The notes under the pieces: model-generated
What the model was told of the DNA's origin: nothing
The model's input: only the letters and a program-made list of their open reading frames with translations
Database searches by the model: none
NCBI GenBank assembly: GCA_049322255.1
Contig: JBMORE010000054.1
Coordinates: 1 to 64,000, forward strand
Reading direction: 5' to 3'
Length of the DNA: 64,000 bases
DNA from: Myxococcota bacterium
Lineage (GTDB): Bacteria > Myxococcota > Myxococcia > Myxococcales > Myxococcaceae
In this document: in pieces, positions 57,035 to 64,000 of the stretch
How positions within the stretch are numbered: position 1 is the stretch's first letter
How the letters are laid out: every line of letters starts with the position of its first letter
Program-made: the position numbers and the translations under genes

Positions 57035-57265
57035 ATGGAAAGTATCGCAAGTCGCCGCACCACCGTCGTGCTGTGCCCTGAGGACGAGCGAGCGTTGAGA
57101 GAGGCGAGCAAACGAGAGGGCCTCTCGCAGTCTGAGCTCATCCGCAAGGGCGTTCGGGCTGTCACGGCGCCCTATCGCCGCCGTGCCCGCGGTTGGGTGG
57201 CTGACGCTCTCTGCCAAGGAGCACCGGAGATCATCAACGAGCAGTTCGGCGACATCGATGGTTGA
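57035..57265 (+). pseudogene. CopG/RHH antitoxin, probably degraded
   Basis: RRTTVVL.PEDERALREASKREGLSQSELIR RHH motif; C-terminal part looks split between frames. Confidence 0.6.
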
Positions 57266-57305
57266 GCGAGGGCTCGTCCTCGACACCGGCGGTTGGCTCC
57301 TCGGC
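57258..57305 (+). pseudogene. PIN-toxin N-terminal remnant
   Basis: MVERGLVLDTGGWLL overlapping antitoxin stop; no further PIN motifs follow. Confidence 0.45.
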
Positions 57306-57609
57306 GGCGCGCGCTCGAGCTGGCGGTGCCACTTGCCACGCGGGCCTGACCCAAGCGGCGGCTCAATCCCAACTCAGCGCTTTCTCGTCGCGCGCTCCCG
57401 CCAGCCGGCACTACCCGGCGTCTCTTTTGAGGTGTTTTGTTCTAGACTCGTCATCATATGCAAAAAGAACCCTATCATCACGCCTCTTCAGCAAGACCCC
57501 TCAAAAAGCCCCCGCCGCTTGCCCCGCCCGGGCTCGCTGTGCCATTGCTCACCGGCGGGAGCTGAGGCGAGCACGCCTTCGATGGCCCGACCCTTCGGGG
57601 TAGACGAGG

Positions 57610-57960
57610 CTGCGCAAGGTACCGCGCGTCCCAATCAGCCATCCTTTTTCGGGTCTGTACGCCACGCTTCACCACTGTGTCGGCCTTGAGGAGGTTCAGC
57701 GCCATGTGGCGCAGCATCGCCATGTTCTCCGGTGCATTGTCCTCGCGCACCCGGCTGTGGTTCTCGTCGAAAGCGACGTCCAGCACCCAATGCAGGTCGT
57801 TCCCTACCGTCCAGTGCTTGCGCACCACCTCCGCGAACTTCGCCGCGTCGTCCGCAGGCAAGCTGGTGATGATACAGCGCACCTCGGTCGAGGTCTCCTC
57901 TCCGATGGTCCGGTGTCACGCGACCATCCCCATGCTCGTCAGCGACTGCAACCCGGCCAC
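57610..57960 (-). mobile_element. ISAs1-family transposase C-terminal fragment
   Basis: E.R.IITSL..VRKHWTVGNDLHWVLDVAFDE..SRVR..NAPENMA.LRHMALNLL; in-frame TGA upstream; N-terminal part and IRs not found. Confidence 0.85.
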
Positions 57961-57972
57961 CCCTCAATAACC

Positions 57973-59298
57973 TCAGCGGGTGCAGGCGGGCTGGGCGCCG
58001 CCGGCGCAGCCGTACACCAGCGTGTCCAGCGCGCACACTGCCTCGGCAGCGACGCCCTGACTGAACAGGTCGGCCACCACCGGCAACGCCAGCTGGGCGT
58101 TGGAGCGGGTCTGACCCGCGGGCACCCTGGTGGAAAAGAGGGTACGGCACACCGCGGCGGTGGCGTCGACCGCCTCTTCGTCTCGGCGCAGCGCCTCGGC
58201 GAAGGTGCGCACCAGGTGGAGCACCGTCCCTCGCGGATCGGTCTGCCGCAGCCCTTGCACGGTGGAGACGATTCGGGTGAGGCCGAACTCGGGCAGCTTC
58301 GCCTCCAGGCCGAGCCGGTAGCCCATGCGCACCAGGTCGCCGTTGGGGTCTTGCACCTCGTAGCAGTGCAATACCTTCTTCAGCGGCCGCAGCACGTTGG
58401 GGTGCCGGTTGGGGTCGAGGAGAATTTTCAGGTCGGCAATCGCCGCCCACGCGTCCGGCTGCACCTCGGGCGGGAGCGCGTTCACCGGCAAATCGTCGAG
58501 CTCGGAAGGGTTCTCCATACCCAAGGTGGTGCTGATCACCACCCGCACCAGCGCCACCATCCCGTTCTCGCCGCCGTACTGGGCTCCGTCGTTGGTGAGA
58601 AAGGGCTGGAGCGCGGGGTTGTCGATGAGGGTCTGGAGGTGATCGACCGCCGTCGCCCCTTCGGGAGTGATGGCGAAGGCCGCCAGCGCCTCCAGAAGCT
58701 CGAGCCCGTCGGAGAGCTGGCACACCGCGTTCTGCTGGCACATGTTGGCCACCACGGTGGCCACCTCGAAGTGCGGTGTCGAGCTCGCCGGCGGCCGCCC
58801 GAGGATGTAGCTCATCACCCCGGAGATTTGCGGATCGGCGAGGGTGAGCGCCTCCACGCTCTTGCCTTCGTGCACCATCAAGTCCATCGCGCGGCGCATC
58901 TCGCACAAGGGGTGGGCAAAGCGCGGGTCGGGCGCTTCGCTGGCGCAAACCTCTCCGGCACCCGCCCCGCCCTCGGGAGGAAGGCGGGCGAAGGTGGCCA
59001 GGGTGCCGAAGATGCCCCGAAGCGCGAAGTTGATCGGCGGCGGCTCACCCGGGCGATCGGCGACGAGCAGATGTTCTTTCACCACCCGCCGCAGCCCTTC
59101 GGTCTGTCCCGAGCTGATCGCTTTCAAAAACAGCGGCATCAAGGTCTCGATGGAGCTGCACTGCGCGAGCGTTTCCTGTTCCGGTGGGCGAGGAGCTTGC
59201 AGCTGGTCGGCCCCGCAGGCGGCGGCGATCACCAGCGCTCCCGCGCACAGCCCGCCTCTCCCTTTGGGGGAGGGTTGGGGTGAGGGGCGCAATTTCAT
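57973..59298 (-). CDS. Helical lipoprotein of unknown function
   Basis: Probable start MKLRPSPQPSPKGRGGLCAGALVIAAA/C at 59298 (lipobox AAA/C). Confidence 0.7.
   Translation of the reverse strand: MKLRPSPQPSPKGRGGLCAGALVIAAACGADQLQAPRPPEQETLAQCSSIETLMPLFLKAISSGQTEGLRRVVKEHLLVADRPGEPPPINFALRGIFGTLATFARLPPEGGAGAGEVCASEAPDPRFAHPLCEMRRAMDLMVHEGKSVEALTLADPQISGVMSYILGRPPASSTPHFEVATVVANMCQQNAVCQLSDGLELLEALAAFAITPEGATAVDHLQTLIDNPALQPFLTNDGAQYGGENGMVALVRVVISTTLGMENPSELDDLPVNALPPEVQPDAWAAIADLKILLDPNRHPNVLRPLKKVLHCYEVQDPNGDLVRMGYRLGLEAKLPEFGLTRIVSTVQGLRQTDPRGTVLHLVRTFAEALRRDEEAVDATAAVCRTLFSTRVPAGQTRSNAQLALPVVADLFSQGVAAEAVCALDTLVYGCAGGAQPACTR
59255..59287 (-). repeat. Palindromic repeat copy 9 (left arm of second inverted pair)
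   Basis: cctctccctttgggggagggttggggtgagggg; minus-strand read PSPQPSPKGRG. Confidence 0.88.
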
Positions 59299-59300
59299 CT

Positions 59301-59338
59301 CCCCCTCACCCTGACCCTCCCCCAGAGGGAGAGGGGGG
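59301..59338 (+). repeat. Palindromic repeat copy 10 (right arm of second inverted pair)
   Basis: ccccctcaccctgaccctcccccagagggagagggggg; minus-strand read PPSPSGGGSG*. Confidence 0.88.
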
Positions 59339-60490
59339 CTGTGGAATCCCCGCCTCGAAAAGAATCTGTTCGGTGTGCTGCCCCAAGGCCGGCGGCGGTC
59401 GGGTAGGCAGCGGACCGAAGTGGAACGGCGTCCGCAGGTGGGTGACCTCGCGCCCGCGTTGCTCGTCTTTCGCCGGGACGAACATCTCCCGCGCGTGCAG
59501 CTGCCTGTCTTCGAGCACTTCATCGGCGTCGTTGACCGGCTCCACGCAGGCGTCGACGTCGGCGAAGCATTTCAGCCAATGTGCTCGGGGCTGGGTGGCG
59601 AACCGTCGCGTCAGCTCGGCCTTGGCTTCTTCGGCGCCGCCTCCTTCGAGGTCGTAGGCTTTCTCGACCAGCTCAGGACAGCCCAGCACAGCGCACACAT
59701 GGGAGAAGAACTTGGGCTCGAGCGCACCGACCGCCAGCTCTTTGCCGTCTTGGCAGCGGTAGAGGTTGTAGCAGGCGTACCCGCCGTTGAGAGAGTCGCG
59801 ACCGCGCCGTGGCGCCTTGGCTTCCTTCCCCGCCGCCAGGTACGCCCCCAGGTGCATGTGCCAAAAGGCCATCGCTCCTTCGGTCATCGCCACGTCGACC
59901 AGGCGCCCTTTGCCGGTGCGCGCGCGCTCGTACAGCGCCGCGAAGATGCCCACCAAGGCGAACAGGCTCCCTCCCCCGATGTCACCCAGCTGGGCCCCTG
60001 GCATCGCGGCCGTCTCGAGCGTTCCGCCATAGCCGAGCACGCCCGCGCGGGCGACGTAGTTCAAGTCGTGGCCCGCCTTCAGCCGGTCGGGGCCGGTCTG
60101 CCCGTAACCAGAGAGCGCGCAGTACACCAACCGCGGGTTCTCCGATGCGAGCACCGCGTAGCCCACTCCCAGCCTGTCCATCACCCCGGGGCGGAAGCTC
60201 TCCACCAGGACGTCGTAACTTCTCACCAGCCGGCGAAGGGTCGCTTTTCCCGAGGGCGACTTGAGATCGAGCGCGATGGAGCGCTTGTTGCGGTTGAGCG
60301 CATGGAAGAGCGCGCTCTCCTCCCCCACCATCGGCGGCATGTGGCGGAGGTAGTCGCCCCCGTCGGGGTCCTCCAACTTGTCCACGGTGGCGCCCAAGTC
60401 GGCGAGCACCAAGGTGGCGTACGGACCGGGCAAAAGCCGCGACAGGTCGAGCACCTTCAGCCCGGCCAGGGGCAGTGCGCCGTCGGCCAT
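59306..60490 (-). CDS. CaiB/BaiF family CoA-transferase (family III; AMACR-like)
   Basis: PLAGLKVLDLSRLLPGP, NRNKRSI.LDLK, ESFRPGV, GYGQTGP, GHDLNY, LGQHT. Confidence 0.93.
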   Translation of the reverse strand: MADGALPLAGLKVLDLSRLLPGPYATLVLADLGATVDKLEDPDGGDYLRHMPPMVGEESALFHALNRNKRSIALDLKSPSGKATLRRLVRSYDVLVESFRPGVMDRLGVGYAVLASENPRLVYCALSGYGQTGPDRLKAGHDLNYVARAGVLGYGGTLETAAMPGAQLGDIGGGSLFALVGIFAALYERARTGKGRLVDVAMTEGAMAFWHMHLGAYLAAGKEAKAPRRGRDSLNGGYACYNLYRCQDGKELAVGALEPKFFSHVCAVLGCPELVEKAYDLEGGGAEEAKAELTRRFATQPRAHWLKCFADVDACVEPVNDADEVLEDRQLHAREMFVPAKDEQRGREVTHLRTPFHFGPLPTRPPPALGQHTEQILFEAGIPQPPSPSGGGSG

Positions 60491-60513
60491 CGTCTTTTCC
60501 GCTCTCGACCTGC

Positions 60514-60840
60514 CTAGCTGATCAGCTTGCCCAGCTTCATCGCCAAGCCCATGTCCATCGGCTTGAACTTGAGCTTGCCCTGCATCGCCGCCATCTGTGC
60601 GTTGAGCTGCTTCTGGCGAATCTTCACGAAGTCGTCGCCGCTCACGGTGATGGTCATCTTCGCCGTCCCCTGCGTCCCACTGGCCACCCAGTCGGAGGCT
60701 TTGGTCAGATCGAGCGTCCAGGTGCCGCCCTGGTCGCCGGTGATGTTGAAGTGAATGACCGCGTTGATCTCTTTGGCCAGGTCGGGCTTGTTGGACAAAA
60801 GGTTGGGGATTTCAGTCTCTAAAATGTCTTTGGCGGTCAT
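60514..60840 (-). CDS. SCP2 sterol/lipid-binding domain protein
   Basis: Start MTAKDIL; F.ITG..GGTW.LDL, LNAQMAAMQGKLKF..MGLAMKL. Confidence 0.88.
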   Translation of the reverse strand: MTAKDILETEIPNLLSNKPDLAKEINAVIHFNITGDQGGTWTLDLTKASDWVASGTQGTAKMTITVSGDDFVKIRQKQLNAQMAAMQGKLKFKPMDMGLAMKLGKLIS

Positions 60841-60851
60841 GCGGGCGGACC

Positions 60852-61265
60852 CTAGCCACCACCCTTTGGGTGCGTCAAGCCGAGTGCGCGCTGAAGCGAA
60901 CGTCGCACCAGCTCGAGCAAATCGTTGAGCTCGAAGGGCTTGGCCAAATAACCCACCGCCCCCAGCTCCTTGGCCTTGGCGGCGACGTTGCGGTCGGCGG
61001 AGAGGATGACGATGGGTATCGCCTGCCCGCTGTGGCGGTGCGGAAGTCTCTGAACGAACTCCCACCCGTCCATCACCGGCATCATCAGATCGAGCAGGAT
61101 GAGCTTCGGCGCGGGGGGCCCCAGCTGCTCCAGCGCCTCTTGCCCGTTGCGCGCCCGCCGCACCTCGAAACCCTCGACCTCGAGAATTTCCGCCAGCGCC
61201 TCGAGAATGTCGGGGTCGTCGTCCACCACCAAAACGACCGGGGGCTTGGGGGCTGAGCTGGTCAC
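60852..61265 (-). CDS. Single-domain response regulator
   Basis: VLVVDDD, LDLMMPVMDG, LSA, KPF. Confidence 0.9.
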   Translation of the reverse strand: MTSSAPKPPVVLVVDDDPDILEALAEILEVEGFEVRRARNGQEALEQLGPPAPKLILLDLMMPVMDGWEFVQRLPHRHSGQAIPIVILSADRNVAAKAKELGAVGYLAKPFELNDLLELVRRSLQRALGLTHPKGGG

Positions 61266-61384
61266 TGATGAAAAATAACCCTATGAAACCGTTGCTTCTC
61301 ACGCCTCACGCTGGCCGATGAGCCGACCGCACCGTTGCCTGGCCTACACTCCATGCGCAGATTGTTTTCGTCAAAACATTTCCG

Positions 61385-62122
61385 ATGTGTCGCATCCAAC
61401 CCGAGCCGGGCACCGTTTCATTCCCCACGGAGAAAAGCGCGCGCGCTGCACGTGGCCGTTTTCTCTCCATCGCCGCCCACGACTTGCGCGGCGCGTTGAG
61501 CAACGTGCGTTCGTACGCCGCCCTATTGCTTGGGCCGCGCTCGGCGCTCGACGAGAAGGCACGCCGACGCGTCGAGGTGATTGCCCGCAATGCCGACCGG
61601 GCGCTGGCGCTGGCACGCGAGGTATTCGACTCGATGCGTCACGAGGTGGGGGAGCTCCCCATCGCGCTGGAGCGCCTGGCCTTGCCGCCCTTGCTATACC
61701 GTGCCGCCGAGCAGGTACGCGGGCCGGCAGCCGAGCGGTCGGTTGGGCTCGAGCTGGCCATTCCCCAACACCTGCCCCTGGTGGAAGCCGACCCTGAGCG
61801 GGTGGTGCATGCCACCGTCGCTTTCCTGCGCCACGGGTTATCGCGCTCGCCCCCGGCCACCGCCCTCTCGCTGGCAGCCCGCGTCCTTCCCAGCGAAATC
61901 TACGTCGCCGTCACTGATGTCGGCCCTCCACTCGACGCCCAGGGGGCTTGGAAGGCGCTGCAGCGCGACCTGCGCGTCAGCCAAGAGAGCCGGCTTGCCG
62001 AGGGCTTCGAGCTGTGCCTGGCCCGCGATGAGATCGAGGCCCAGGGCGGCAAGGCGGGTGTGGAGCCGGGACCCGACCGGACGACTTTCTTCTTTACGCT
62101 CCCTCGCCTCGCGGCCGAGTGA
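61385..62122 (+). CDS. Sensor-less histidine-kinase-like protein with degenerate ATPase domain
   Basis: H-box AAHDLRGAL; ADPER..; N-box replaced (AFLRHGLSRS); DVGP; G2 EGFELCL; FFFTLP. Confidence 0.75.
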   Translation: MCRIQPEPGTVSFPTEKSARAARGRFLSIAAHDLRGALSNVRSYAALLLGPRSALDEKARRRVEVIARNADRALALAREVFDSMRHEVGELPIALERLALPPLLYRAAEQVRGPAAERSVGLELAIPQHLPLVEADPERVVHATVAFLRHGLSRSPPATALSLAARVLPSEIYVAVTDVGPPLDAQGAWKALQRDLRVSQESRLAEGFELCLARDEIEAQGGKAGVEPGPDRTTFFFTLPRLAAE

Positions 62123-62199
62123 TGGCTTCCATCGCCGGCTGGCGACACCGCTGCGGTCCCGCTATGCTTCGAACGCTTCGACGAGCGAAGGAGTCGAAC

Positions 62200-62430
62200 A
62201 TGCCCCGCGGACCCGAATTGCTCCTCATCTTGGCGGCGCTGCTGCTGCTCTTCGGCGCCACTCGGTTGCCGCAGCTGGGCGCTTCTTTGGGCTCGGCCAT
62301 TCGCAACTTCAAGAAGGGCTTTGCCGGCGAGGAAACCCCGGAGGAGCAGGCCAAGGCAGGTGCCGACAAGAAGCTCGCCGGCACCAGCACGGTGGAGAAG
62401 GCCGAAGAGGCCAAGAGCAAGAACGCTTAA
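62200..62430 (+). CDS. tatA: Twin-arginine translocase subunit TatA
   Basis: G.PELLLIL..LLLFG..RLP.LG.SLG.AIR.FKK; AAGGAG RBS before ATG 62200. Confidence 0.92.
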   Translation: MPRGPELLLILAALLLLFGATRLPQLGASLGSAIRNFKKGFAGEETPEEQAKAGADKKLAGTSTVEKAEEAKSKNA

Positions 62431-62432
62431 AG

Positions 62433-64000
62433 CTAATCGGCAAGGTCACCCTCGTAGAACTTGTCGAGGATGCTCTTGTACTTTTGTGTGCAGAACTTGC
62501 GCTTCACCTTGAGGGTGGGGGTGAGCTCGCCCGACTCCTGGGTGAAGTCGTGGTCCATCAGGTGGAACTTCTTCAGGCTGTTGTAGGGCGGCTGGTCGGC
62601 ATTGACCTGGTCGAGGACCTGCTGCACCGCCTCGCGCACCTCGGGCCGCTGGGAGATCTCGGCATAGTCCTTGGGGGTGACGCCCTTCTCTGACAGGAGC
62701 TTCTTCGCGTTCTCCTCGTTCACGCAGATGAGCACGCTGAGGTACTTGCGCTTGTCGCCGTAGACCATCGCCTGACTGATGAGCGGAAAAGTCTTGAGCA
62801 AGTTCTCCAAGTTTTGCGGCGCCACGTTCTTGCCGCCGGCGGTGACGATGATGTCTTTCTTGCGGTCGGTGATCCGCACGTACCCGTCGGGGTCGATTTC
62901 GCCGATGTCGCCCGAGTGGAACCAGCCGTCGGCCTCCAGCACCTCGGCGGTGGCCTCGGGGTTCTTGTAGTAGCCCTTCATCACCCCCGGGCCCTTGATG
63001 AGAATCTCTCCGTCGGAGGCGATCTTGATCTCGGTGTTGGGCATCGCCTTACCCACGGTGCCGATCTTGATGCGCTCGGGGCGGTTGACGGTGGTGGCCG
63101 CGGAGGTCTCGGTCAGCCCGTAACCCTCGAGCACCTTGAAGCCGAGCATGTCGAAGAAGTAGGCGATCTTCCGCGACAAGGGCGCGCCTCCCGAGATGAA
63201 CAACCGCATGCGACCGCCCAGCTTCTCGTTCAGGGTGGCGTATACCTTGGCGAACACCAGCTTCTTGGCCAGGCCAAAGCCGAGCGAGTTGTACTCCCGG
63301 CCGTGGTTTCTGGCCTCGACGTACTCCTCGAAGAGCTTGAAAGCCCAGCGCGCGAGCTTGCCCTTCACCCCCGGGGCCGCACCGGCGTTGGTGAGCACGT
63401 TGTTGTAGACCTTCTCGAAGACGCGCGGCACCGAGGGAAGGATGGTGGGGTTGGTCTCGGCGAGGTTGGGCAGGAGCTTGTCCACGCTCTCGGCGAAGAT
63501 GAGCTTGAAGCCCAGACCCAGCCACGCCGCCTTGACCACCTGGGCGAAGGAGTGCGCCAGCGGCAAGAAGAGCATCACCGCGTCTTCCTTCCGCATCAGG
63601 CTAATCTGCTGAATGGCACCCGCTTCGTACGCCCAGTTGCCCTGGGTGAGAATGACGCCCTTGGGGTCGCCGGTGGTACCCGAGGTGTAGATGAAGTGGG
63701 AGGGGTCGTCCGTCTTGATCGCCTTCACCCGCTCCTCGAACGCCGCAGGGTTGGCTTGGTGCGCGGCCTCGCCTTTCTGCACCAGCTCCGCCAGCGGGCG
63801 CTCCTTTTCTCCGGCGGCGGGACCTTCGAACACCACCACCTTCCTCACCGTGGAGCACTCGGCCAGCCGCGCGCGCACGCGGGAAAGCCTGCCGGGCTGC
63901 TTGCCTTCGGCAACATCGTGGTCGACGAAGAGCATCACCGACTCGGAGTTGTTGAGAATGTAGCGAACCTCGTCGGGGGTGTTGGAGGAATAGATGGGCA
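62433..64000 (-). CDS. Long-chain fatty acid--CoA ligase (AMP-binding), 5' end beyond window
   Basis: YTSGTTGDPKG, GGAPL, EGYGLTET, HSGDIG, DRKKDII, TPTLKVKR. Confidence 0.93.
   Translation of the reverse strand, partial: PIYSSNTPDEVRYILNNSESVMLFVDHDVAEGKQPGRLSRVRARLAECSTVRKVVVFEGPAAGEKERPLAELVQKGEAAHQANPAAFEERVKAIKTDDPSHFIYTSGTTGDPKGVILTQGNWAYEAGAIQQISLMRKEDAVMLFLPLAHSFAQVVKAAWLGLGFKLIFAESVDKLLPNLAETNPTILPSVPRVFEKVYNNVLTNAGAAPGVKGKLARWAFKLFEEYVEARNHGREYNSLGFGLAKKLVFAKVYATLNEKLGGRMRLFISGGAPLSRKIAYFFDMLGFKVLEGYGLTETSAATTVNRPERIKIGTVGKAMPNTEIKIASDGEILIKGPGVMKGYYKNPEATAEVLEADGWFHSGDIGEIDPDGYVRITDRKKDIIVTAGGKNVAPQNLENLLKTFPLISQAMVYGDKRKYLSVLICVNEENAKKLLSEKGVTPKDYAEISQRPEVREAVQQVLDQVNADQPPYNSLKKFHLMDHDFTQESGELTPTLKVKRKFCTQKYKSILDKFYEGDLAD

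Noticed and set aside
1..64000. tRNA, rRNA or riboswitch (e.g. Moco, FMN or TPP near moeA/moaA, ribA, thiO)
   Set aside because: Intergenic gaps are short and no conserved cores were recognised by eye; an Infernal/Rfam scan is needed to exclude them

Overview
High-GC (roughly two-thirds by eye), gene-dense bacterial DNA, almost certainly a myxobacterium (Myxococcota): MYXO-CTERM-type sorting tags, Cys-rich lipoproteins and typical Myxococcales hypothetical proteins are present. It is probably a draft or metagenome scaffold, with a 100-N gap at 49263-49362. Content: housekeeping genes (mutS2, rnr, moeA, ribA, lipA/lipB/lpdA plus a 2-oxoacid dehydrogenase E1b-E2-E1a cluster, thiO-like, HesB, moaA, tyrS, rlmE, tatA, lipid enzymes), several signalling proteins, two intact toxin-antitoxin pairs plus one decayed pair, an ISAs1 remnant, and a 14-kb cell-surface adhesin-like locus. 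No rRNA, tRNA, CRISPR or integrase was recognised. Three observations stand out. (1) A ~2030-aa surface protein is built as an apparent polyprotein: signal peptide - module 1 - internal MYXO-CTERM whose RRRK tail doubles as the n-region of a second signal peptide (ASA/Q) - homologous module 2 - terminal MYXO-CTERM. (2) A ~34-bp palindromic repeat (CCCCTCACCCNNNCCCTCTCCCNNNGGGAGAGGG) occurs in 10 copies; 9 lie in predicted coding sequence and together use all six reading frames, supplying stop codons, possible RBSs and in-frame protein inserts. (3) A 1423-bp integrase-less toxin-antitoxin mini-island is bounded by a ~170-bp duplication of the lipA 5' end and upstream region. All family assignments come from motif recognition by eye, with no database search.
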